Shown here piece by piece: positions 19,129 through 28,302 of a DNA stretch of 64,000 nucleotides. The notes under the pieces were generated by a model that worked only from the letters and a program-made list of their open reading frames with translations, did no database searches and was not told where the DNA came from. The stretch is from Candidatus Levyibacteriota bacterium (GTDB lineage: Bacteria; Patescibacteriota; Microgenomatia; Levybacterales; UBA12049), in NCBI GenBank assembly GCA_003152105.1, contig PLZJ01000003.1, forward strand, positions 134,899-198,898, written 5' to 3'. The stretch's first letter is position 1. Every line of letters starts with the position of its first letter. The position numbers and the translations under genes are program-made.

Positions 19129-20080
19129 GTTTAAATCCTTTCGTCAGTAAATCTGGATAAATATACTTCATAAATAAAAGAAAATAAATAAGAAATAAAA
19201 TCATTCCTAAATAAGTATGGAAAAGATTTATCATAATCTCAGGAGATGTTAGAAGTCCAATCCAAATTAAGATATACACTCTTAAGCAATTTACAATAAA
19301 TAGACCCGTTAATAAGGGGAAATAATATATGAAAACTTTAAAGTGGCTTAATTTGTTCCAATCAAATATTGAAACTAGAAAATATAATGCAGTAAAAAGA
19401 TATATAGAATCTATACCAGAACAAGATTCTTCTATTATAACAACAAAGTTTCGGATAAATAACCCTCTAGGAGGCACTATACTTAATGGTTTAGTGGTGT
19501 ATGAAAACATAAAATATATGACATGTAGAACTATTGAACTTAAATAAGGCCATAGATTCCAAACAAAAAAGATAGACAATTCAAAAAGTATGGATAATCC
19601 AAGACACACTAAAATTGTTTTTATATTTTGTTTAAAGAACTCAAAAGTATAACTAATTCCAAAACATCCCAATATTAAAAATGTTGGGATAGATATAAAA
19701 ATAAGATGAGTAAGAATTAATTGTGGACTATAAAATAAGTTATCTTCGCTCAATATTAATTGTTTAGCTAAATATATAAATATTGGAATTAAAACTAATG
19801 ATAAAAATATTGATACAATATCTATTTTGTTAAATGTCGGGACTTTAATTTTAATTATTTTATCCCGATTAATTAAAATATATGCCATAAAAGCAAATAA
19901 TAATATTTTCCCTAAATTTGGGTATATATAAAAGTAGTATTTATAAAGAAGTTGAGATGGTATTATGAAAAATCCTAAAAATCCTGACTCAACTATAAAT
20001 ATTATCGAGAAAATTATTATACGAACTAGTAATGATTTATGAAATGATAATTTAGATTTCAACATCAAAGAATTATACAT
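19115..20080 (-). CDS. exosortase/archaeosortase-family intramembrane transpeptidase (putative)
   Basis: 321 aa, ~8 TM helices. Contains EESCSGIDSIY (Cys-Ser-Gly active-site-like motif) and N-C-L-R (NxxR) about 45 residues later, as in exosortase/archaeosortase families. Sits in an exopolysaccharide locus, as EpsH-type exosortases do. A PEF-CTERM substrate candidate is at 27256-27723. Confidence 0.45.
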   Translation of the reverse strand: MYNSLMLKSKLSFHKSLLVRIIIFSIIFIVESGFLGFFIIPSQLLYKYYFYIYPNLGKILLFAFMAYILINRDKIIKIKVPTFNKIDIVSIFLSLVLIPIFIYLAKQLILSEDNLFYSPQLILTHLIFISIPTFLILGCFGISYTFEFFKQNIKTILVCLGLSILFELSIFFVWNLWPYLSSIVLHVIYFMFSYTTKPLSIVPPRGLFIRNFVVIIEESCSGIDSIYLFTALYFLVSIFDWNKLSHFKVFIYYFPLLTGLFIVNCLRVYILIWIGLLTSPEIMINLFHTYLGMILFLIYFLLFMKYIYPDLLTKGFKHGFN

Positions 20081-20326
20081 TTTCTTAATCTTAAAGGAAA
20101 GTCAAAAAAAAACTGAATTTATAATGATCTCTTAAAACTTAAAAAGTGTATAGCCTATGTTATATTTTAATCAACCTATTAGGATATGATTTACTCAGAT
20201 TTTATAACACAAATCCTAACTTATTTGAATTTGATATACTACAAAGTCAAAACGCAAGTATTCATTCTTGAGATAAGAAAATAATTCTATTATAATTGAA
20301 AATTAAATTCCCTATATTTTACTAAC

Positions 20327-21826
20327 TTGATTATTATGTATAAAAGCCTCATATCAATAATTAAAAAACATATTGATCTGTTATTTATTGCTTTGGGTTT
20401 ATCTTTAGCACTCAGTTTAAGTCTATATTATCTTGGTAATAAAAGTTTATTTTTGGATGAAGTAGGTTCATTTACCATCACACAAAATTGGACGCACATG
20501 CAGAGCATTTTTAGAAATTCTGAAGGCAATATGTGGTTTTACTACATTCTTTTATACTTCTGGACTAGACTAGGCACGAGTGAAATTATATTAAGAAGTT
20601 TGTCTGCGATTTTTGCTATAGCAACAATTATTCCATTATTTTATCTTACAAAACATATTTTTGGGAATAGAACTGCACGTATCTCAATGATATTATTCCC
20701 AATCAATATTTTTTTTGTTAAGAATGCTCAGTTTGCTCGTGGATATAGTTTATTAATACTTCTTACCACTATCTCATCATATTTATTCTTGCTTTATGTT
20801 CATACATCTAAAAAACGCTACTTATTACTTTATATTATACTAAGCGTACTAAGTGTATATACTCATTTATTTGCTCTATTTGTAATTGCTTCACAATTAT
20901 TCTCTTTAATGTTTCTTCAAAATAAAAAATCTTGGAAATATTTTGCCGTAGCTTATGCTTTAATTCTCGTTTTAATAATACCTATATTTATTTCTCCTTC
21001 CATACATTCCCAGCAAATTAATTGGATAATGAAGCCTACATTAATTTATTTTGTGGGTATATATGCTATTTTATCCGGCGATTTTCTCCCGACTACTCTT
21101 ATATCGAGTTTATTGATCCTATGGTATTTATACTCTATCTGGAATCATGGTAAATTTAAATCTATTATTAATGATTATAATTTTAAATTTGTAGTGATAA
21201 GTTTTTTATTACCATGTATTGCTTCATTTATTTTTTCATTAACTGTAAAACCAATCCTTGTTTTGGAGTATTTAGTTATTTGTTTAGTACCTTTTATACT
21301 ATTACTATCGGCAGCCTTTGACACTATTTATGGTACAAGATTATTTAAAATTATATTGGTTTTATTTATTTTATTTTCCATTATACGTTTACATGGCTGG
21401 TATTCTGAAGATCAAAGATTTGCAGTTGCGATACCTAATAATACTGAGAATTGGAAAACTGCAGCTCAATTAGTTTCAAATTATGCAAAAAATAATGATG
21501 CGTATTTAGTTTTACCCACTTATTCGCTATCATGTTTTAACTATTATTATAATCAAGAAAATTTAAACACAAAAGTTACTGAACTAAAATTGATTATTAA
21601 TAATTCCTCAATCGAAGTTATCTCTAACAATCACATATCACCATTATCAACAATTTTTCAAAAGTATAAAAGGATATGGTATATGCAAGATGTAGTTGCC
21701 GGAGTTGGATACAATAAAATGGAATCAGATATTAATAAGTTATTAAATAAAAAGTATACGTTGATGAGTGGCGTAAAGTTCTTTAGATTAACTGTGTATC
21801 TTTATGAACTTAAGAAAAATAAGTAA
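20327..21826 (+). CDS. polytopic membrane glycosyltransferase-like protein (GT39/ArnT/PMT-like, putative)
   Basis: 499 aa. N-terminal two thirds has ~11 TM helices, C-terminal third is soluble. Architecture matches GT-C enzymes (ArnT / dolichyl-phosphate-mannose protein mannosyltransferase family). Confidence 0.45.
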   Translation: MIIMYKSLISIIKKHIDLLFIALGLSLALSLSLYYLGNKSLFLDEVGSFTITQNWTHMQSIFRNSEGNMWFYYILLYFWTRLGTSEIILRSLSAIFAIATIIPLFYLTKHIFGNRTARISMILFPINIFFVKNAQFARGYSLLILLTTISSYLFLLYVHTSKKRYLLLYIILSVLSVYTHLFALFVIASQLFSLMFLQNKKSWKYFAVAYALILVLIIPIFISPSIHSQQINWIMKPTLIYFVGIYAILSGDFLPTTLISSLLILWYLYSIWNHGKFKSIINDYNFKFVVISFLLPCIASFIFSLTVKPILVLEYLVICLVPFILLLSAAFDTIYGTRLFKIILVLFILFSIIRLHGWYSEDQRFAVAIPNNTENWKTAAQLVSNYAKNNDAYLVLPTYSLSCFNYYYNQENLNTKVTELKLIINNSSIEVISNNHISPLSTIFQKYKRIWYMQDVVAGVGYNKMESDINKLLNKKYTLMSGVKFFRLTVYLYELKKNK

Positions 21827-21832
21827 TACTAT

Positions 21833-22549
21833 TCAAAAGAATAAAATATTATGAGATATGAAATAGAAAGTTATTTGAAAAAGTAGATAAAATATCATCA
21901 CTAAATAAATATTTTTCCAGAAGAAATATAATAATGTGCCACAAAGTCCATAGAGTATAATTATTATTAGTTGTTCATTATTAGTAGTACTATGAAAAAA
22001 TCCATATAGTATTATCGTAAAGATAACTCCAGTTATTGGATTTATCAAGTTGCAAACTGCATTTTGTATTAGTCCTTGAAAATATAATGCTTCACTAACT
22101 GATGAAAGTAAGATAATTAAAGCTGACAAAAATAATGGTAAATTGCTATGAGGCAAATATAGCCCAGCTAAAATACCAAATAATACAGCATAAATCAAAC
22201 TTAAAATTATAAACTTAAATGATCTTAGGTGATAAAGCTTATTTTTTAAAGGTAAGAATGAATAAAATAGTTCAGAAATTATAAGAAGAGATGCGAAAAT
22301 AAATATATCTCTAACTATTAAAGATTGTATAAATAAAGATATAACAAATAATGACAAAAAAGGAATAACACTCAAGTAAGCAAATAGCACTTCTGCATAT
22401 AAATCAAAAATATCATAAATTGTTAAGAACAATAAAAGAATGACCATAGCTGATGTAACTAGTATTCCAACCTGAGGATATAAAACTAAATTAACCTGAG
22501 ATATAAAAAGGAGCGTGAAAACGCATATTAGTAAGTATAAGTGTTTCAT
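21833..22549 (-). CDS. CPBP-family (CAAX protease/Abi-like) intramembrane metalloprotease, putative
   Basis: Polytopic. Motifs SVSEALYFQG (EExxxR-like motif 1) and ILYGFFHST (FxxxH motif 2). Confidence 0.4.
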   Translation of the reverse strand: MKHLYLLICVFTLLFISQVNLVLYPQVGILVTSAMVILLLFLTIYDIFDLYAEVLFAYLSVIPFLSLFVISLFIQSLIVRDIFIFASLLIISELFYSFLPLKNKLYHLRSFKFIILSLIYAVLFGILAGLYLPHSNLPLFLSALIILLSSVSEALYFQGLIQNAVCNLINPITGVIFTIILYGFFHSTTNNEQLIIIILYGLCGTLLYFFWKNIYLVMIFYLLFQITFYFISHNILFF

Positions 22550-22755
22550 GTCAAATGGTTCATTAAAAATAGGATAAAATAAAGTGAACAGGTTATTATT
22601 ACAGGGTATAAAAGCTTTCTAGCTCGTTGTATATTCTCAGTTTTATTAATTGAAGTAAATTCTAACAATAATAGGGCAAAAATCGTAATTAGTGTAATTG
22701 CAATTATAGCAAAATTACGTAAAACATATTCATAATTAAGGTAAGAAAAAAACAT
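22546..22755 (-). CDS. small membrane protein
   Basis: 69 aa, two hydrophobic helices. Overlaps downstream gene start by 4 nt. Confidence 0.3.
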   Translation of the reverse strand: MFFSYLNYEYVLRNFAIIAITLITIFALLLLEFTSINKTENIQRARKLLYPVIITCSLYFILFLMNHLT

Positions 22756-22906
22756 AATTTAATTATAGCAATAAACTGATAAATAAATATTAGCTATAAA
22801 TAGTTGAATGAAAATTATAAATTTATTTAAAAATAACTCAAAACATCCCAGTATAAAAGAATAGGATTAAGTTATATAATATTGATTACAAAATTATTAT
22901 GTTAAT

Positions 22907-23776
22907 ATGAAATTCTTAAAAACGATTGTGGTTATTCCTGTCGGTCCAACTTGTCAAGTTAACTTTATTTTAGATACTTTGAATAGCATTTATTATTATA
23001 TGAATCAAACTTCAACTAAGGTTATTTTGATAGACGATAGTCAAATCGAAACAGGAAAGTTGATTTCAAAAACTTATTCCAAAGTAGAGGTTTTAAAAAC
23101 TCCTTACAATAGAGGTAAAAATGCCGGCTTGTATTATTCATTAGCAGAAGGATTTAACTATGCTTATAAAAACTATAAATTTAAAGTATTATTAAGACTC
23201 GATACTGATGCTCTAATCATAGGGAAAAATCCAGAAAATAAAGCGATCGAATACTTTGAAAAGAATAAAAAAATTGGAATTTTAGGTTCTTATAAATATA
23301 GTTATAATGGTAGACTTCGTGATTTTTCATGGCCAGAACGACAATTAATTTTAGAAAGCTCAATACTCTCTTTGTTAAAAGGATTATATCGAATAAAAGG
23401 TATTTTAACTTTAAGGACAATTACTAAGCAGGCAAAGAAAAACGGTTATATTTTAGGCGAACATTGCATGGGTGGCGCATGTTTTTATAGCTACAACTGT
23501 ATTAAATCTCTATATGATAATAATTATTTACCCATAAAAAATATTCAATGGAGCAAATTGCAAGAAGATATGATTTTTGGATTACTTATTAAATCTATAG
23601 ATATACATATGCATGATTTTGTCCTTGGTAACGATACATTAGGAGTTAAGTGGAGAGGTTTACCGGATAAACCATCTGAATTAATTAAGAAAAAAAAGAT
23701 TATACATTCGACAAGGTTTTTTGAAGACATGGACGAAAAAGCTATTCGTGATTATTTTAAATCAAAAAGAAATTAG
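22907..23776 (+). CDS. GT-A fold glycosyltransferase-like protein (GT2-like)
   Basis: IVVIPVGPTCQVNFILDTLNSI, KVILIDDSQ and LRLDTDALI (DxD-like) motifs. 289 aa. Confidence 0.45.
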   Translation: MKFLKTIVVIPVGPTCQVNFILDTLNSIYYYMNQTSTKVILIDDSQIETGKLISKTYSKVEVLKTPYNRGKNAGLYYSLAEGFNYAYKNYKFKVLLRLDTDALIIGKNPENKAIEYFEKNKKIGILGSYKYSYNGRLRDFSWPERQLILESSILSLLKGLYRIKGILTLRTITKQAKKNGYILGEHCMGGACFYSYNCIKSLYDNNYLPIKNIQWSKLQEDMIFGLLIKSIDIHMHDFVLGNDTLGVKWRGLPDKPSELIKKKKIIHSTRFFEDMDEKAIRDYFKSKRN

Positions 23777-24460
23777 ATGAGAAACAAATTAAAGTCTACT
23801 TTTTATAATCCATTTGATTTTTCATCAAAACCTAATTGGTATTATGGATTATACCGAAAAGAGATGATTAAATATGTACCAAGAACGGCAAAAACAATAC
23901 TTGATGTTGGTTGCAGTAGTGGATTATTTGGAGCTCAATTAAAAAAAGTTTTAGGAGCCGAAGTATGGGGTATTGAATTAAATAAAGAATCTGCATTAAA
24001 AGCTAATGCTAAACTGAGTAAAGTTTTAATTGGAGATATTAATGAATTAATTAAGGACATTCCTGATTCATATTTTGATGCAGTAGTTTTCAATGATGTA
24101 TTAGAACATCTAGTTGATCCCTTTGAAGTACTGTTAAAAATGAAAAAAAAACTTGCTCCTGAAGGTGTAATTGTATGTTCTCTACCAAATATCAGATACA
24201 TAGTAACGTTAAAGCGTTTATTAATCAATAAGCAGTGGAAGTACGAAGACAGTGGAATTATGGATAAAACTCACTTAAGGTTTTTCACTCTTAATAGTAT
24301 TAAGTATATGTTTAAGTCTCTAAATTTTGAGATATTAAAAATTGAAGGTATTAACTCAATTAATTTATGGTTTGTACCATTATTAATCATAATTACATTT
24401 GGATATTTTTCTGATACTAAATATCAAGAATTTGCCTGCGTAGTAAAACCATCTTCGTAA
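23777..24460 (+). CDS. class I SAM-dependent methyltransferase
   Basis: Motif I ILDVGCSSGLFGAQL. Post-I acidic residue (GIELNKE). Motif resembling Methyltransf_11/23 (VVFNDVLEHLVDP). Start is 1 nt after the previous stop. Confidence 0.7.
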   Translation: MRNKLKSTFYNPFDFSSKPNWYYGLYRKEMIKYVPRTAKTILDVGCSSGLFGAQLKKVLGAEVWGIELNKESALKANAKLSKVLIGDINELIKDIPDSYFDAVVFNDVLEHLVDPFEVLLKMKKKLAPEGVIVCSLPNIRYIVTLKRLLINKQWKYEDSGIMDKTHLRFFTLNSIKYMFKSLNFEILKIEGINSINLWFVPLLIIITFGYFSDTKYQEFACVVKPSS

Positions 24461-24502
24461 ATTAAGTAGTTTATTAATAACATATAAATATATGCTAAAA
24501 TA

Positions 24503-26029
24503 GTGCTAGTGAACACTGATATTGCATTGGGAAAACAAGTAAACCAAATTAAGATCGAGAATAAGATAAACAGAAATGTTTATTTGTTAATTACTCTTAC
24601 TTGCTTATTATTTATAATAGTCTTTGCTTTAATATTAGTGAAATTATTGTTTCGTAAACCCTCGGAGCAGCTATATTTAGCTTCTACTTCTCAAAGTCAA
24701 GCATCTATTAACACAAGTAAATTTCCAAATTTAAATCCCTCAAAGCCTTATTACGGAGTAAATGTTGATATGGATCAACTTATTCCAGGATCTAGCAATT
24801 ATTCCATAAACGCGAAAGGCGAGGATTATATAGATATAGCACATCATTTAGGAATAAATCTCTTCCGTATAGATAATGCTATAAGAGGATTTCCGGGAAA
24901 TACTATTTATTCTGAAGCACAATGGAATTATGTACTTGGTAAAATGCAAAAAAATGGAATAAAGGCAATTATACTTATTGAAGGAGTGGATGGTGATGCA
25001 AATCTAAAATCTGATAATATAAATAACGCGTATCTGAACTTCATTCAAAAATATATTATAGATTCTAATGTTGGATATAATTCAGATGTAATAGGTATTG
25101 ATTTAAAAAACGAACCTACATTATCTACTAACAATGTATTATATTTAAAACAAGCAACACAATTAGTTAAAAATAAATACTCTAAAATGCCAGTCTGTGT
25201 AGGGGGTTGGAGAATTGATACTGGGAAGAAAAAAAATGATGGAACTCGTTATTATATTTACAATCAACCTCTTGATGCATCATCACTTTCATCAATAGTA
25301 GATTTCTATTGTGTTCATGTTTATCATTTTGATGAAAAAGACTCTCATGGTAATTATCCCGACCCAACAACATTAACAACAAATTATCTACAACAAATAT
25401 CATCAGTATCAAAGAATAAACCCATATTAATTGAAGAATTTGGTGCAGCAAATAATACTACTATTACTGATCAGGAAACACTTGGAAGTGCTCAAGAACA
25501 AGCAAATGTTTACAACGGCGTATATCAATCAATTATTAAAAATAGAGCTATCAATGTTATTGGTTCTACGGCATATTTATTTGCACCTAGGGGTTCTATA
25601 CCTGATAGCTGGGCAATCTTAAGTAAAAATGGTAATGATATTGATTTCGCAGCTTATGTTTTGCAAAAATATTCTTTAGACAAGTCTGACATATCTCTTT
25701 CATTACCATTTAAAAATATTCCGCAAACATATATATATAAAAATAATACTAGTGGTTCAACACAAACTGTAAAAATAGATGGTAGTATAGGTTTAGTTCT
25801 ACAACTACCTAAATATTATAAATATGTTGGGTTACTATCTTCTAAAAATTTAGCTAATCTTAATGAGGCAGTTCAATTTGATTCAAAAAACAATAATTAT
25901 GATACTGTTATTTATGCAGCTCATTTAGGAATAGTTAAATTTATAGTTTATAATAATCCACTTTGTACATTTGGAAATAGCAACTGTATAAATAATATAG
26001 TTTATTCGATAACTCTCAACATTAAATAA
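24503..26029 (+). CDS. membrane-anchored glycoside hydrolase family 5-like protein
   Basis: N-terminal TM (LLITLTCLLFIIVFALILV). Motifs IGIDLKNEPT (GH5 NEP acid/base) and ILIEEFGA (nucleophile Glu context). Confidence 0.6.
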   Translation: MLVNTDIALGKQVNQIKIENKINRNVYLLITLTCLLFIIVFALILVKLLFRKPSEQLYLASTSQSQASINTSKFPNLNPSKPYYGVNVDMDQLIPGSSNYSINAKGEDYIDIAHHLGINLFRIDNAIRGFPGNTIYSEAQWNYVLGKMQKNGIKAIILIEGVDGDANLKSDNINNAYLNFIQKYIIDSNVGYNSDVIGIDLKNEPTLSTNNVLYLKQATQLVKNKYSKMPVCVGGWRIDTGKKKNDGTRYYIYNQPLDASSLSSIVDFYCVHVYHFDEKDSHGNYPDPTTLTTNYLQQISSVSKNKPILIEEFGAANNTTITDQETLGSAQEQANVYNGVYQSIIKNRAINVIGSTAYLFAPRGSIPDSWAILSKNGNDIDFAAYVLQKYSLDKSDISLSLPFKNIPQTYIYKNNTSGSTQTVKIDGSIGLVLQLPKYYKYVGLLSSKNLANLNEAVQFDSKNNNYDTVIYAAHLGIVKFIVYNNPLCTFGNSNCINNIVYSITLNIK

Positions 26030-26049
26030 CTAAATAATATTATTGTTAT

Positions 26050-27207
26050 TTATTGCACTTTTTGTTGACTTATTAACAAAATTGGTATAATTTCTCCCAG
26101 ATTTATTATTTTATTAGCTTGATGATAAGCAAAAGTATTGTCTGAATTATTCTTGGTATCAAAAACCTTCCCTGCTAAATAATATTCTCCTTGTTCAGTT
26201 TGATTACTTTGTTGTGTGTATATAATTTCATTACCTTTCCATAAGTAAGGAATAAGCGTGGCGCTGTCTGTTGCTGTATAGAGAGTTTGAGTTTCACCGT
26301 TTTGTAAATTTAGCGTCATTAGCTTATCTTTGAAACTAGTTAATGCAATGTTTTTCGTTAAATCAGAAGGAAAAATAAGTAATTGTAATTGCTTTAAAGT
26401 GGAATCAGAGATATTAATTTGACTTGAAACTTGTTGTGTAAATTTTTGACTAAACAGTCCATTATAAGTTTGATAATAGAGTGTATTTGTTTCACTATTA
26501 CAATATATATTAGCTATATTTGCAACCGGTGTGGTAAAAATTCTTGTTGCAGTTTTTTTCTCAAGAGAAAATAAGTATAAGTGGCCTAATTGGGTTTGAA
26601 AAATTACACTAGTTTCATAATGTGACCAACAAATTGGTTGTGGATTACTTCCTAATTCTTGTATGTAAGGGATTTCTTGCGGGGTTGAACTAGAAATAGT
26701 TTGTAGTTGAAATTCTGAAGTATTTTGTTTTGTATTAGGATCAATCACTTTTGTAACAAATATGGCTTTTGAATTGCTAGGAGACACAGTAAGTGGCAAT
26801 GATGTTGTTTCAACAGGATATAAAAAATGACTAACAAGATTTAAATTTGCTGCGGAAGTAGTATTTTGAAGGTACAAATGTGAATTAAATATCGAAAATG
26901 ATGTATATGGAGTTTGATTTGGTTTGGTTTCATATGCTCCATAAATTCCTTGTTGCGAATTGGATTCGATTGTATATTGATAGAGTCTATCAAACGAATT
27001 GTTGTAATCATAATAGAGGAATGTTGTTTGTGGGGTAGGAGTAGGAGTTACAGTTATGGTTGGAACTTTTGAAGTAGATATTTTAGGTAAATGCGGCTTT
27101 TGTCCCATTAAAATAGACAGGCCAAATACCAATATAATACCTACTACAGCCAAAAATGTTGCATGAAAATGACGAGTAAACATATGGGTATTATATCTCA
27201 TTACCAC
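26050..27207 (-). CDS. membrane-anchored secreted protein with Pro/Thr linker (possible beta-propeller-like repeats)
   Basis: N-terminal TM (FLAVVGIILVFGLSILMG), TVTPTPTPQTT linker, Tyr/Thr/Ser-rich repetitive body. Confidence 0.45.
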   Translation of the reverse strand: MVMRYNTHMFTRHFHATFLAVVGIILVFGLSILMGQKPHLPKISTSKVPTITVTPTPTPQTTFLYYDYNNSFDRLYQYTIESNSQQGIYGAYETKPNQTPYTSFSIFNSHLYLQNTTSAANLNLVSHFLYPVETTSLPLTVSPSNSKAIFVTKVIDPNTKQNTSEFQLQTISSSTPQEIPYIQELGSNPQPICWSHYETSVIFQTQLGHLYLFSLEKKTATRIFTTPVANIANIYCNSETNTLYYQTYNGLFSQKFTQQVSSQINISDSTLKQLQLLIFPSDLTKNIALTSFKDKLMTLNLQNGETQTLYTATDSATLIPYLWKGNEIIYTQQSNQTEQGEYYLAGKVFDTKNNSDNTFAYHQANKIINLGEIIPILLISQQKVQ

Positions 27208-27255
27208 AAAATATTCGAATAATTAGAATATCAGTAGATTTAAGTAAGTTTTCTA

Positions 27256-27723
27256 TTACGAAACTTTATGAAGATTTCTTTTTCGCATTAAAAAGAATGT
27301 CCCAATAGCTAAGAATCCTGCAATTGCACCAAGTGTTGTGCTGAATTCTGGAACTGAGAAATTAACTACTGCAAAGTTTATAACAAGTGAATCAGTTGTT
27401 ACTAAATTATTGACACTTGCAGATCCACCACCGGATTGAGACCCTTTGGTACCAGTAACTGAAACAGTTTTTCCAATGACGCACCCGTCGGATTCTGGAA
27501 TTGAAAAACCATAGCTTCCATTTGATAGAGTAGTAGTACTGTGTGAAAACCCGTTACAGGTTTCTGTTACGGATACTCCTGAATCAACGTGATTTGTTGC
27601 ATCTTTCACAACACCTGTAATAGTAGTTATTACTTGTGGTCCTGCGGCAAAAGTTGAAAGAGGAAAAGCAAGCGATGCAATTATAAGACCTGCAGTTGGA
27701 AGTAGTGATTTTTTAAGTGTCAT
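27256..27723 (-). CDS. secreted protein with PEF-CTERM (PEP-CTERM variant) sorting signal
   Basis: N-terminal signal peptide (LLPTAGLIIASLAFPLSTFAAGP). C-terminus ...NFSVPEF-STTLGAIAGFLAIGTFFLM-RKRNLHKVS is a VPEF tripeptide plus TM helix plus basic cluster. This is the PEP-CTERM architecture recognised by exosortase/archaeosortase. Confidence 0.6.
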   Translation of the reverse strand: MTLKKSLLPTAGLIIASLAFPLSTFAAGPQVITTITGVVKDATNHVDSGVSVTETCNGFSHSTTTLSNGSYGFSIPESDGCVIGKTVSVTGTKGSQSGGGSASVNNLVTTDSLVINFAVVNFSVPEFSTTLGAIAGFLAIGTFFLMRKRNLHKVS

Positions 27724-27819
27724 TTTGATTTACTTAATGTACTAAACTATTAATGCTGTGTCAATGACCAAAATAGAATGAGATTAGTAGTTAATTGTGA
27801 AAAGGAATTGTGAAATTAT

Positions 27820-28164
27820 TTATACTCTAATAAGCGGTTTTGGTGAAACAATTGTTTGCGTTTTTAGTTTTGTATTTTCAAGTTCAAGCTCTCGAATTTT
27901 TTGTTGTTGCTCAAGTTCAATTTTCTTGCTTTTTTTAATAGTTGAATCTTTGCCTCGTAGAATTGACCAAGAAGAAAATAACTGGGTCATATGAATAATA
28001 CTTCCAATAAGTAGTCCAATAAGCATTGATGCTATAACGACTACATATAATGGGAGTGCAAAAAAAGTGATTGGTAAAAATTTAACTACAGTAATAGCTG
28101 TATTTTGAGTAGCAAAAAAAGCAAATAAAAGTCCGAATGCTACTGTAAGCAATAATCCAAGCAT
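27820..28164 (-). CDS. small membrane protein with C-terminal coiled coil (LapA/DUF1049-like)
   Basis: Two N-terminal TM helices, then a charged coiled-coil tail (KKSKKIELEQQQKIRELELENTKLK). Layout like the LapA domain. Confidence 0.4.
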   Translation of the reverse strand: MLGLLLTVAFGLLFAFFATQNTAITVVKFLPITFFALPLYVVVIASMLIGLLIGSIIHMTQLFSSWSILRGKDSTIKKSKKIELEQQQKIRELELENTKLKTQTIVSPKPLIRV

Positions 28165-28302
28165 GTACTTAGTATAAGAGGGGAATATAAGGAGGCAGTG
28201 ATAATAGCGTAAGGAATATGCAAGAGCTTAAACATTTCAATAAAGATAATGAGCAATGAATCGCACAATATTTATAATAATAGCATCTAAAAAAGCAAGA
28301 AA

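Noticed and set aside
9254-19547. Several 60-75 aa ORFs antisense to glycosyltransferase, flippase and exosortase genes (9254-9475, 10950-11183, 11355-11600, 14307-14489, 15396-15617, 16207-16407, 18518-18739, 19329-19547)
   Set aside because: All are nested inside much longer, motif-bearing ORFs on the other strand and consist of low-complexity AT-rich codons. These are typical shadow ORFs.
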